Shown piece after piece: positions 12,458-22,660 of a DNA stretch of 64,000 nucleotides. The stretch covers positions 32,001-96,000 of the forward strand of contig CAWALK010000025.1 of NCBI GenBank assembly GCA_963782915.1, read 5' to 3'. Position 1 is the stretch's first letter, and every line of letters begins with the position of its first letter. This DNA is from an uncultured archaeon. GTDB lineage: Archaea; Thermoproteota; Bathyarchaeia; Bathyarchaeales; Bathycorpusculaceae. The translations under genes were made by a program, and so were the position numbers. Below the pieces are notes generated by a model. It ran no database searches. It had not been told where the DNA came from and saw nothing but the letters and a program-made list of their open reading frames with translations.

Positions 12458-12991
12458 CTAATAAGAAGACACTGATGCCTGAATGCTGTATTGTCCTACT
12501 GGGGCACTATCTCTAAATGTCAAGTTGATTACTACGTAGATGGTTTGTCCAGGGTTTATTGGGGCACCAAAAGAATATTCTGATGGAAGGGTCAGCATAT
12601 AAGTCAGTACACTTCCCACTGTTGATGGGGCTACTGGAACGCCAAGATTACCATTACGTTCGTGTTGCGAAAGCCAAATTGGGGATGAATCGAGCCCTGG
12701 CGGTGCACTATTGATTGGTGAGGGCGGAATTATCTTTACTACTAGGGTACTGTTTTGGTAGGTGTATGTGTTCGGTGAGACGTTGTGTACTGATATGTTG
12801 TATACATATGGGTTATTCTTGAGCATAGTTACCGAATTAGGATTCGCACCCTCCCAGCCTATGACGAATGGTGAGTCAGAGACTGTAAAGGTGCTCGACA
12901 ACATATTGCTTAATACTATAGCACCCAGAGCTGTTGGTATAAAAACTGCCAGAAGTGACAGCGACAGTAGCAGTCTTTTCTTTCTTTGCAT
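12458..12991 (-). CDS. Secreted/membrane-anchored beta-rich protein, paralog 2
   Basis: SD GGAGGTGA then ATG at 12991; tandem paralog of preceding gene. Confidence 0.8.
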   Translation of the reverse strand: MQRKKRLLLSLSLLAVFIPTALGAIVLSNMLSSTFTVSDSPFVIGWEGANPNSVTMLKNNPYVYNISVHNVSPNTYTYQNSTLVVKIIPPSPINSAPPGLDSSPIWLSQHERNGNLGVPVAPSTVGSVLTYMLTLPSEYSFGAPINPGQTIYVVINLTFRDSAPVGQYSIQASVSSY

Positions 12992-13295
12992 TTTTTCACC
13001 TCCGAAAAAAGCGTACAAAAGAACCAACGCCAACGGCAGAAAAGCAAAATGGGCGCGCGCGAGCTTTTTCTTAAACCATCAGCCTAACTGCTTTGCATCG
13101 GCTGTTTTGGATATTAATAGATACTCACTCAAAGGATATAATCGGTAGCTGGCTACACTTAAAACATTACCAATCACACAATAATATAGAAATTCTAATT
13201 CGTAGTTCTATATTTTGCATACTTGCCTGTGCTGCAAATTGGTATCTTGTAAATACGTTTTAATCTAGTAATGATGCGGTATATGCGCACTTTAC

Positions 13296-13781
13296 CTATT
13301 TCAGTTTCCTATATTGACTTACTCTATTCTGAATAGTTGACTGAACAACCCCATTATCCCTAAACTGAAAAACCAAACCCTGCTCCAGCCCCACAGCATC
13401 TTTGAACGATAGAAGCAGAAACCTGTTATTAATCCTCCACAACAAACCTGGAATAGCGCCAAAAACTATCCAGCGAAAGGAACTAATCCGCTCCTGATTA
13501 ACAACCTGAATACCTATAATGTCACCATAGGCTACTGAGATGAATGGCTTATCACTGAACAATTCTTGGCTCTTCTCTGATTTGAATTGGAAAAAGCCAA
13601 GCCCATTATCGGTGAATCGTAGCAATACTCTCATTCCGTTGCCATGTTGTACGCTGCCGCCGAGGTAGGCTCCTCGTATTCTGAGCGATTTGGTAACTCT
13701 ATATCGAACATACAAGCTATTGGCTGTTAAACTGCTTAAATAATTGTTGTTTTTACAATTGGGATTCCTCAGCAGTAGCAA
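13296..13781 (-). CDS. Hypothetical protein (start uncertain)
   Basis: 161-aa AT-rich ORF; YLGG and beta-strand pattern reminiscent of bacterial PH-like domains. Confidence 0.45.
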   Translation of the reverse strand: MLLLRNPNCKNNNYLSSLTANSLYVRYRVTKSLRIRGAYLGGSVQHGNGMRVLLRFTDNGLGFFQFKSEKSQELFSDKPFISVAYGDIIGIQVVNQERISSFRWIVFGAIPGLLWRINNRFLLLSFKDAVGLEQGLVFQFRDNGVVQSTIQNRVSQYRKLK

Positions 13782-14244
13782 AGCCCCAACCTAAAAGTTT
13801 AGAACATTCTCGAACATGGTAGGGGTTTTAGTCTAGCTCCACAATAAAACGCTGATTTAATCGGCATCCTAATCGAGGGTTAATAAATTAGTTCTCAAGT
13901 AATTATGCCTCTTGCTCATGCTTTGCCCAGAACCTTGGAAACAAAAGGGCGATAAGACTTTGGGTCCATGCCCAAGCCTTTGCAAATATCTGCCTGACCT
14001 AAGCCCTACTGGTATAGCGCTATGATCTTTGGTGTATTTGGGCTCAGAGGATTTACCAAATGGCATTCTGCTATCTTGAGTCGTCTTCTGTTGCGTCGAT
14101 AAAGCGGTATAGGCTATTACGTTTGTTATTTCCCTTTTGATTGGCGCTTGTTTTGGTGTTGGGTTATTTTTGGGTTGTTGGTTGGGGAGTGCTGCGCCAA
14201 ACTTTTAACTCTAGGGGGCTTATGTTTTCTCTGGTTGACTTTGT

Positions 14245-14572
14245 ATGGTTGACAGTGAAGGTTACACATCGGTCATTGATGAGAGTGTGCTTGAAGAGGG
14301 CAAGATGAAGCTTGTTCGTGTTGAGGGCAAACCGGTGCTTTTCATTAAGCAAAACGGCAAAATTTTTGTTATTGATGATCGTTGTCCGCATATGGGTTGC
14401 AAGTTTTCCGGCGGCAGTCTTGGAGGGTGGTGTGGTTGTTTGTCCTTGTCATGAGTGGAAATTTAATTTGGAAACGGGCGAATACGATGAGGATCGCTCG
14501 TATGTTTTGGTGAAGTACCCGTTTAAGGTTGAGATGGGGAAAATCTGGGTTAAACTGGAAGAAGATTTCTAA
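14245..14572 (+). CDS. Rieske [2Fe-2S] ferredoxin (frameshift near 14425)
   Basis: CPHMG and CPCH motifs in adjacent frames. Confidence 0.85.
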
Positions 14573-14628
14573 AAAATATGGTTGGATTTAGGCTGCAGTT
14601 TTTGCTGCAATCACTAACCCTATTTAGT

Positions 14629-15811
14629 TTATTGGTTGTAGACGCGGATTTCCGTGACGTATCTTGCGAACATGTTGGCGATTGTTGCGTATCCGTCAGA
14701 TCCGACGAATGAAACCGTCAGATACGAGCCGTCACTGTAGCCGGGGAGGTTTGAGCTTGTGCTGTTTAAGTGATAAGCTAAAATCATAGTTACAGGTGCA
14801 TTCGGAGTTGCGGGGGCAACGGTTGCTGGGTTATACATCGTTAAGCCTGTGCCCGTGACTTCGGCGTAAGTGTAGTTTTTTACGTAGCCGTCTGCTGCAC
14901 TTAACAGATAATACTTGTCCGATGGATATGCCGCCTACTTGATTGAGCAGTGTAGTCATTGATACTCCGGCGTAGGTGCCGTAGTCGAAGATGCCGTTTG
15001 CGCTTTTGTATTTGCCTCCGAACCCTGAGGTTTGGGGGTATGCGGCAAGGTTTGCTGCGTTGAGTGTGAGGGTGGTGTTGTCGGCTCCGATGAGTGTTAC
15101 GTGGGTATCGGGAATCGCAAGCGGTATCACTTCCTCAATTGGTGGCGGTGTGGGCGAAGCGGTTGGTTGAGCTGTCGGTTGAACCGTCGGCACCGCCGTA
15201 GGCGCCGGAGTAGCCACGGGGTTCACCGTGAGTTTAACAACCATTTTTTCCCAAACATTCCCCGCAGTCGCCAAACCTTCAGTGCCCAAAACACCCAACA
15301 TCAACGGCCCATCACCACTAGCCAGCGCTGCCCCTTCAAATTGGTAAATTACTGTCAGTTTTAACGGTTGAGTTGCGGCTGCAACATTTCCGCTACTGTC
15401 ATAGGTTGTAAAATCTTGGCCGAGGGCAACTTGCTTGTAATTGTAAGTTGTTGTGTAGCCGTCGTGGGCTGTTGCGGTTAAGGTTTGGCCGTCTTGCATT
15501 CCCCCGACTAACGCAGTGAGGTCTGAGGCTGCTATGCCTGTGTATGTTCCGGCAGCTTTTATTTGGCCGCCTGACCTTGATGCGCCTTGACCGGTGTATG
15601 ATTCGAGTGCTGCTATCTCTGTTGCGGTCAGGGTTTTGGTTGTTCCGTCGCCGCCCACGACCGTTAAAGTCATGGTCGGGAGGGTGTTGTTTTGTGCGGG
15701 TTTGGCGAGCATGTATTCCGCCGCGACGGCTGAAATTGAGATTACGATTATGGTGATTAGGATTGCTGTGAGTATTTTTGTGTTAAATTTCCCTTTTTTT
15801 GGGGTTGTCAT
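14629..15811 (-). CDS. Membrane-anchored protein with two molybdopterin-binding (sulfite-oxidase-like) fold domains (frameshift near 14900)
   Basis: N-terminal TM; two repeats of YxGV/I..AxDGY..LxY..GxxL pattern separated by a Pro/Thr linker. Confidence 0.7.
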
Positions 15812-15844
15812 GGTTTTGCCTCGTTTGTTTAGAAAAACATTGAG

Positions 15845-15868
15845 CGACATTACTATTTAATCATATCG
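15845..15868. promoter_or_regulatory. ModE-type operator, site 1
   Basis: CGACATTA-CTATTTAA-TCATATCG, 24-bp palindrome upstream of 14629-15811. Confidence 0.7.
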
Positions 15869-15931
15869 GAAAACGCTGAAACAACAACACATCAAACAAA
15901 AACAAACCCACAAACAAAACAAGCAAACAAC

Positions 15932-16966
15932 TCAAACAAAGCCGCACTTAACACGTTTCCTAACAAAAAACACGCAAACCCCAACAACAGCCAAAACCAA
16001 AACAACCCCCACAACGGCCAAACCTGCAAGAAAACTTTCGCTATCAATAGAGTCATTTCGAAAAGCCGTGTCTAGAGTAAAACTGTTGTTTGAATCTGCG
16101 GCGTATTGATTCGTGTATAGGCTGAAGGTTTGCACATCAACGGTGCCCTTTGCTGTGTCAAAAGTTAGGATTCGCGCAGACGCAGCACCCAACTTGCCAT
16201 AAGCATCCTGCTGATTGAAGAGCAACTCATCCCTGCCGCCAACCCTCGTTCGGTTACCCTGAGTGGGATAGTAATGCCCGCTTAGCGTCAAAAACACGTT
16301 AGCGTGAGTATCGAGCACTGTATTTTTGAAATTGGTGGCCCAGTCATCGTATCGGCATTGCTTGTCAATGTAAGCGTGGGTGGCTACGATGGCATGCGCC
16401 TGAGGGTAAGCATCCAGTACGCTGTTTGCCCAAGCCAAGACGGTATCGTTTGCGTTATATGCTATATTCACTATCAAGCATTCCCAACCAGACACGTTGA
16501 AGAATACGGCGTTATTCATGCCATCAAACTCTGTACTTACCCAATACGACTTTGAGGCCAGTGCCTGGGGGTTGAAGGCTGCGTATTGGTTGCCCATCCA
16601 AAAAGTCCTGTTAAAATCGTGATTGCCCGCAGCCCAACAATAAGGAATACCCGCATCAAGCAGAATGCCCATGGATTGATTCGCGTTAAGCCACTGTGTA
16701 CGGTTTCCTTCACTATTGACAAGGTCTCCGGTGTGGATAACCATTTGGACGTTGTATACGTCGCTGTTTTGCACTATCCAGCGGCTCAGGTTAGTGTTGT
16801 ATGCTGGGTTGCTTTCCGCGAGGTACTGTGTGTCGGTTATCCAAATTATCGAAAAACCTTTGTTTCCGGCTGTGGCTGGGCTGGGTTGAGCATATGCTGT
16901 CATCAAAGGGGCAAGGGCAAATGATAGTAACGCTAATGTACAGATGCGGAGGGCTGCTTGTTTCAC
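15932..16966 (-). CDS. Secreted, C-terminally anchored calcineurin-like metallophosphoesterase
   Basis: Signal peptide; TDTQ, HTGDLV, GNHD, THAY, LSGH; C-terminal TM followed by RKR. Confidence 0.88.
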   Translation of the reverse strand: MKQAALRICTLALLSFALAPLMTAYAQPSPATAGNKGFSIIWITDTQYLAESNPAYNTNLSRWIVQNSDVYNVQMVIHTGDLVNSEGNRTQWLNANQSMGILLDAGIPYCWAAGNHDFNRTFWMGNQYAAFNPQALASKSYWVSTEFDGMNNAVFFNVSGWECLIVNIAYNANDTVLAWANSVLDAYPQAHAIVATHAYIDKQCRYDDWATNFKNTVLDTHANVFLTLSGHYYPTQGNRTRVGGRDELLFNQQDAYGKLGAASARILTFDTAKGTVDVQTFSLYTNQYAADSNNSFTLDTAFRNDSIDSESFLAGLAVVGVVLVLAVVGVCVFFVRKRVKCGFV

Positions 16967-17002
16967 TTTTTTCTCTCGCAGTTTTGGTTTAAAGAAAATT
17001 GG

Positions 17003-17026
17003 CGATATGACTATAAAATACTATCG
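17003..17026. promoter_or_regulatory. ModE-type operator, site 2
   Basis: CGATATGA-CTATAAAA-TACTATCG between a TTTTAAAA box and the GTG of the phosphoesterase. Confidence 0.72.
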
Positions 17027-17069
17027 ATGATTTTAAAAATATTGTTAAATTAAAAGAGGGCTGGATATG

Positions 17070-18003
17070 CTACTCTTTTGGGCACGTAACCGTCTGGCAC
17101 CTAAACCTATAGCCCCTGCAGAATTCCCAGAAAGCCTCCGACGGCTTAAGCAACGCATTCTTCGGCCTAGCCATGTAAAGTTTACGTGCACTCTTACCCT
17201 CAGCGATAGGAATCACCTTAACTAATCCGGCAGCTTGAGCCTTCGCAGCCGCAATCGACGAAATAATGCTAATTCCCCTGCCCTCCGAAACAGCAGTAAC
17301 CACCGATTCTGTACTGCCCAACTCAAAAGCTATTTTAATCTGCATAAAATCAATCTTGTTGGCTTCCAGCAACTTTTCAGTTTCCAACCTTGTACCCGAG
17401 GTTTCCTCTCTGACAATGGCAGGGTACTTTAGGGCTTCAGAGAGTTTAATTGCCTTATGCTTGGCTAACTCATGGTTGCATGGCTGTAATGAAAACTAAC
17501 TGTTCTTCCCCGATTGGGAGGTAATCGAATTTTTCTTCGAAACCCTGCATTGTTCCGACAGCAGCGAATTCTGCATCGTTTGCCTGTAAGCTTGCCAAAC
17601 TGCTTTGGCTGTCTTGGGCTTTTATTTTGAATTTTACGTCGGGATATTTCTTCTGGAATTCCGCGATTAAGCCGGGGATGATGTGTTCTTCGGGTATTGT
17701 GCTGGCGGAGATGCGTATGGTTCCCGATAGGGTGTGTTTGGCGCTGGAGATTTTTGCTTTGGCATCCTGTGCCTGCTGAAGGATGCGTTCGGCTGCTTGC
17801 TTTAGGGTTGCGCCGGCTTCGGTGACTTCCACGCCGTTGGGGGTGCGTTTGAAGAGTTCAGCGTCAAAGAAGCCCTCTAGGGCAGCGATGTGGTGGCTGA
17901 CGGTGCCTTGGCTGGTTTTGAGTTCTTTGGCTGCGACTGAAAAACTGCGAGTTCTATCCACCGTAAGGAATGTGTTCAGATAATCGAACCGTATAGTTTC
18001 CAT
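17070..18003 (-). CDS. LysR-family regulator, selenium-metabolism-associated type (frameshift near 17485)
   Basis: SFSVAAKEL..SQGTVSHHIAALE HTH, ASTIP, REETSGTR, ELGSTESVVTAV; divergent from selD cluster. Confidence 0.85.
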
Positions 18004-18141
18004 GCGCTTTGTTTCCTCTGAAATATCTTTCAGTATACATTTATCACTAATTATATTAATATTCCATTTCTGAATACGCATAACACCTTTATATTTGTTT
18101 TTCTAATAGCCTCTATCAACAAATCTCAAGGATGAAGCAAC

Positions 18142-18493
18142 ATGGCAACTTTCACAATAATCATCTATGAAGCCCCATACGCAAAAGAACGCGCCCTCTC
18201 AGCACTGCGCTTTGCATGGACCGCAGATTTAGAAGGAAACAAAGTGCGCATATGGCTGTTTGAAAACGGCGTATACCTCGCCAAGAAAGGCCAAAAACCA
18301 GCACAGGGCTTAACCAACTATGGCCAAATGCTCGAAGACATGATAAAAGGCGGCGTAGAAGTCAAAGGCTGCATAGTCTGCGCTGACGCACGCGGCATTG
18401 TCGCAGGCTGAACTTATCGACGGCGTCAAACTTGCCACTGTCCATGACCTTGTCGAGTGGACCTCAACCAGCGATAAAGTCCTTACTTTTTAG
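18142..18493 (+). CDS. DsrE/TusD-family sulfur (selenium) relay protein (frameshift near 18400)
   Basis: APY..E, ENGVY.AKKGQ, CIVCADARG; C-terminus AELIDGV..DKVLTF in next frame. Confidence 0.88.
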
Positions 18494-18501
18494 GGATCAA
18501 T

Positions 18502-18727
18502 GTGAGCATCGAGAAATTGGATGTTAAGGGCAAAATGTGCCCGCTCCCCGTTGCTTTTACAAAGCGCAAGCTCGAAGCCATGGCGTCTGGGCAGCTTTTG
18601 GAGGTTGTGGGTGAGGGTGAATTGGAGTTTGATAACATTCAGCGTTGGGTGAGGAATAATGGGCATGAAGTGGTTGACGCCTCCAAGTCTGGATGGCGAG
18701 TTTAGGGTGCTAATCAAGAAAACGTAG
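18502..18727 (+). CDS. tusA: TusA/SirA-family sulfur carrier (frameshift near 18690)
   Basis: LDVKGKMCPLP motif. Confidence 0.88.
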
Positions 18728-18851
18728 GTGCCATTAATTTTTTTAATTTGCTTCTAAAGATTGGGTCAGCTATTAGTTTTTTTAATAGCAAAAATGAAAG
18801 TTTTTAATACGTCGGCTGCATTCCTATTTGCCCAACGGACATGGGACGAGT

Positions 18852-20145
18852 ATGTCAGAGAAATACATTGAAATGTGGAAAAACATCGGAATGGACATAG
18901 AAAAACACAACATCCTCCTAAACGCACTAGGCGGATTCTACACAGACATCTACCTATCACAAAAAAACCGCCCCAAAAAAATGGATTACTTCGACTACGT
19001 CATCTCAGAAATCCATGGCGGACGAATAAAAGAATTAAACGACCAACGCGCCAAAGGCAAAAAAGTCATCGGAGCCTTCTGCATCTACGCCCCCGAAGAA
19101 CTCGCATACGCAGCAGACGCCTTAATGGTTGGTTTATGCGGCGGCGCAGACTTCTCGGTACCAGACGCAGAAGCAGTATTGCCCCGCAACCTCTGCCCAC
19201 TAATCAAATCATTCTACGGCTTCAAACTTAACCGAACCTGCCCATACTTCCAAACAAGCGACCTCGTCGTGGGCGAAACCACCTGCGACGGCAAAAAGAA
19301 AGTCTACGAACTCCTAGCTGAACTTATCCCAACATATGTGCTTGAGATTCCCCATAAACCAGATACAGCCCAGGGCAAAGAGTTCTGGCTAAAAGAACTC
19401 GAAGCTTTCAAAACTAAACTTGAAGAAGTAACAGGCAACAAAATAACCGCTGAAAGCCTCAAAAAATCCATCGAATTAATCAATAACAAACGCAATGCCC
19501 TCAAACGCCTCTCCGATTTGCGTGCCAATTCGCCTTCGCCAATCAGCGGCTTAGACGCATTATTGATTAATCAAATCAGCTTCAACGATGACCCCGTACG
19601 CTTCACCGCTAAAGTAAACGAACTCTGCGACGAACTCGACCAGCGAGTACGCGATGGCGTCGGAGTTGCAGCCAAAGATGCGCCAAGGCTACTGGTTTCG
19701 GGTTGCCCAATGGCTATTCCCAACTGGAAACTCCACAGCATAGCCCAAGCAACAGGCGCAACCATCATTGCCGAGGAAAGCTGCGTTGGCACACGCTACT
19801 TCACCGACCTAGTCGAACCCAAAGGCGACAGCATCAACGAATTGCTCTGGGCAATCGTTGAGAAATACAGCAAGATACCCTGCGCATGCTTCACACCCAA
19901 CGATGCACGCATAAAAAACATCCAATCACTCGCAACACAATTCAAAGCTGACGGAGTCATCTACTATACACTGCAGAACTGCCATGACTATAACGTTGAA
20001 GGCGTCAAAGTTGACCGCGCAATGAAGCAGCAGGGTTTGCCGATGCTGAAAATCGAAACAGACTACGCCATGGGTGATGCCGCTCAGATTCAAACACAGA
20101 CTCGAAGCGTTCTTGGAAATCATAGCTGGCAAAAAACAAGCCTAA
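18852..20145 (+). CDS. Double-cubane cluster protein (HgdB/FldB 2-hydroxyacyl-CoA dehydratase superfamily; frameshift near 20095)
   Basis: FCIYAPEE, GLCGG, PRNLCPLIKS, CPYF, GETTCDGKKK, GCP, EESCVG, CACFTPN, CHDY, IETDY. Confidence 0.85.
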
Positions 20146-20221
20146 ACCCTTCTTTTTCCCTCTTTTTAATTTCAACATTTTTATTCAGTTAATGACTAAA
20201 TCAATGTAGGCGAAAAACAAA

Positions 20222-21241
20222 ATGAGTTACCGCTTAACCAAAGCCGTTCCCGTTCATGGATGCAGTTGTAAGCTGCCTCAGTATCAACTGGGCGATTTAC
20301 TTGATCAGGCAGGTATGACTGGCGGGTTTGGTGAGGAAGTGCTGGCTGGACCCTGGGAAAACAGCAGCGTCGTCAAAATCGCCGATAACATCGCAATATT
20401 AAACACGCTCGATTTTTTCACGCCCATGGTTGATGAACCAGAAATCCAAGGGCGCATCGCAGGCAGCAACGTCACAAGCGACATCTACGCCTTAGCCGTA
20501 ACCAAAATCGCCAGCGTCTTAACAATTATGGCGTTTCCCGAGAATATGCCAACGGAGCTTGCGGTGGGTATGCTTAAGGGGTTTGGGGATTTCTGCCGTG
20601 AAATGGATGCGCCAGTCGTTGGTGGGCATACTATCCGTAATCCTTGGCCGATTATTGGCGGTGCTGCAACGGGTATTGGTGATCCTGAAAAGATTGTTTA
20701 TACTAAGGGGGCAAAACCTGGCGACCGATTATTTTTGACTAAACCTTTGGGTATTGCGCCTGCGATGGCAGCTTATCGTTTGCGCAAGGAGGACGAAGGC
20801 AAAGAACTCCTTGAAGGTGTGCCTGAAGACTTGATTGATGAAGCCGTTAATCAGGCAATTACTGGGATGATTACTTCAAACAAGCCTGTTGCAGAAGCTA
20901 TGCAGCAGGTGCCTGTCCATGCAGCCACAGACGTAACAGGCTTCGGACTCAAAGGGCACGCAGCAAACATGGCGATGCTGGGCAAAGTCGACATAGTCAT
21001 CGACAAATTATGGGTTATCCGCGGAACACCGCAACTCACAGACATCTTCGGTTATCCATTACTAACAGGGGAATCGAAGGAAACCGCAGGCGGCATGCTC
21101 ATCGCAGTAGCCAAAGAAGACGCTGATGACCTCCAAAGCGAATTAGACAAACGAAAAGTGAAACATTGCGAAGTCGGCTACGTCAAAGAGGGCAACGGCA
21201 ACGTTAACGTGCTAAAAGACGCAAAAGTAGTAGAAGCTTAA
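20222..21241 (+). CDS. selD: Selenophosphate synthetase, Cys form
   Basis: GCSCK, DFFTPMVD, SDIYA, GGHT, LTKPLG, TDVTGFGLKGH. Confidence 0.92.
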   Translation: MSYRLTKAVPVHGCSCKLPQYQLGDLLDQAGMTGGFGEEVLAGPWENSSVVKIADNIAILNTLDFFTPMVDEPEIQGRIAGSNVTSDIYALAVTKIASVLTIMAFPENMPTELAVGMLKGFGDFCREMDAPVVGGHTIRNPWPIIGGAATGIGDPEKIVYTKGAKPGDRLFLTKPLGIAPAMAAYRLRKEDEGKELLEGVPEDLIDEAVNQAITGMITSNKPVAEAMQQVPVHAATDVTGFGLKGHAANMAMLGKVDIVIDKLWVIRGTPQLTDIFGYPLLTGESKETAGGMLIAVAKEDADDLQSELDKRKVKHCEVGYVKEGNGNVNVLKDAKVVEA

Positions 21242-21420
21242 CATCGCTTGCTCTCTGGGGCCTATCCCTCTATTTGTAGGATCAACACTTGTTGTGTTCC
21301 CTGTTTTGGTTGTCAGCATTCATTGTTTAGCGGGTGTGGGGAAACTGCGTTTGTTAGGGGAACTTGTTGGGTTTCTATGCGGCTGTTTTTGGGCTCTGTA
21401 GGTTTTGGGTATTTGGGTTC

Positions 21421-21459
21421 TGTTGCTTTGCCAAGGACCCCCCTCCCCCTATATATAGA
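21421..21459 (-). repeat. Short form of dispersed G-rich repeat
   Basis: TGTTGCTTTGCCAAGGACCCCCCTCCCCCTATATATAG joins both ends of the long repeat. Confidence 0.65.
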
Positions 21460-21515
21460 AAAAAACGTTAATTCTCATACGAGTATTGCCTCTACCAGCA
21501 AAACACACAAGCTGC

Positions 21516-22016
21516 TTAGCTTACTTCTATTGCAGCCACGCCACGAACCATTCTCTGCGAATACTCATCGTCGCCGATAACAAGCCTGTATGGTCCTTCC
21601 CCGCCCTCACTGAGAGGTGACATTGTTGCTCCTTCCTTTTTGTAAGCGATGAAAACGTTGTCTTTTTGGGCTTCCTGCATGGTAAGGGTTGTTCCGTAGC
21701 CGTCTGAAGCTTGAATGTAGATTGAGGTGGCGTTGCTTGATATTTGGGCTGCTGTGAGGAGCTCTTTTAGGGTGACGCCTGTGTAGCTGTAGACGCCGTT
21801 GTCGCCCTGATGCCCATTTACGGTTACTTGCAAAGTGACGGCTGGGTATGCTTCTAATTGGGTGTAGGTTAGGTTTGCTGGATTGCCGACTTTGCCTCTG
21901 ATTTGCAGGGTCCCCGTGGGCTGTGAGGTGTCTGGTCGAGTGTAGTAATAGAGCGGAATAACCGCGATAATTAAAACGATGAAGGCTGCGAGGGCTATTT
22001 TGGTTGATTTCTTCAT
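21516..22016 (-). CDS. Membrane-anchored molybdopterin-binding-fold protein without Cys
   Basis: LQIRGKV..YTGVTLKELL..ASDGY..IAY..GPYRLVI..VRGVAAIEV; N-terminal TM. Confidence 0.8.
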   Translation of the reverse strand: MKKSTKIALAAFIVLIIAVIPLYYYTRPDTSQPTGTLQIRGKVGNPANLTYTQLEAYPAVTLQVTVNGHQGDNGVYSYTGVTLKELLTAAQISSNATSIYIQASDGYGTTLTMQEAQKDNVFIAYKKEGATMSPLSEGGEGPYRLVIGDDEYSQRMVRGVAAIEVS

Positions 22017-22594
22017 GGTATTCCCTTTAATTTTCCGTTTAAACCGATTTTTCCAATCCTAACAAGAAGCATATTTGCGATGAAGCCTCCGATGCAGCCG
22101 CTAATAGCCGCGACTACCGCCAAAAATGCTAGTACCTCCAAGGGCAAAAACAGCACCAAACCCCCCACAAGCACAGTTCCAACAACATTGGCGACTGCGC
22201 AAGCACCCATGCAACATCCCAAACAACACGCCTTATGGCGCAAGAGCAAGAAGAAACCGTCGATTGCTAAGCCAGGCCCAAGATAGATAACAAAGGAGAG
22301 TAACCCAAAGTTGCCGTATGGAAGAATCAGGCTGATGAACGCTTGCGTTAACGAAACCATGGTTGCTGCGCCAGGCTTGCCTACAAAACCAAACGCCATC
22401 ACAGGCCACATCATGTATAAACCGCCCATAACCGCGCCCGTGGGAACATAAATCGCCCCCATTAATGGACCGATTAGCGGATGCAGGATGTTTTTGGTTG
22501 CTAAACCTAAACTTGCAAACAGCGCCATCAACACTAAGTCGACTGTTGCGATTCTTAAGTTGCTGTTGCGCAGGGTGTAGTTTGGCAGAGTCAT
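22013..22594 (-). CDS. ECF transporter S component
   Basis: About 6 TM helices, 193 aa, DLVLMAL..GKPGAA pattern. Confidence 0.8.
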   Translation of the reverse strand: MTLPNYTLRNSNLRIATVDLVLMALFASLGLATKNILHPLIGPLMGAIYVPTGAVMGGLYMMWPVMAFGFVGKPGAATMVSLTQAFISLILPYGNFGLLSFVIYLGPGLAIDGFFLLLRHKACCLGCCMGACAVANVVGTVLVGGLVLFLPLEVLAFLAVVAAISGCIGGFIANMLLVRIGKIGLNGKLKGIP

Positions 22595-22602
22595 GCCGAA
22601 TC

Positions 22603-22626
22603 CGATATGCTAAATTGGTAACATCG
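22603..22626. promoter_or_regulatory. ModE-type operator, site 3
   Basis: CGATATGC-TAAATTGG-TAACATCG (extends to TCCGAT..ATCGGA), 8 nt upstream of the ECF-S ATG and downstream of a TTTAAT box. Confidence 0.75.
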
Positions 22627-22660
22627 GAAAATTAAACCTTACCCCAAAAACCAATGCAGT

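Noticed and set aside
18409-18411. TGA ending the DsrE ORF near selD as a possible selenocysteine codon
   Set aside because: Read-through gives unrelated sequence and another stop; the conserved DsrE C-terminus lies in the +1 frame, so this is a one-base indel
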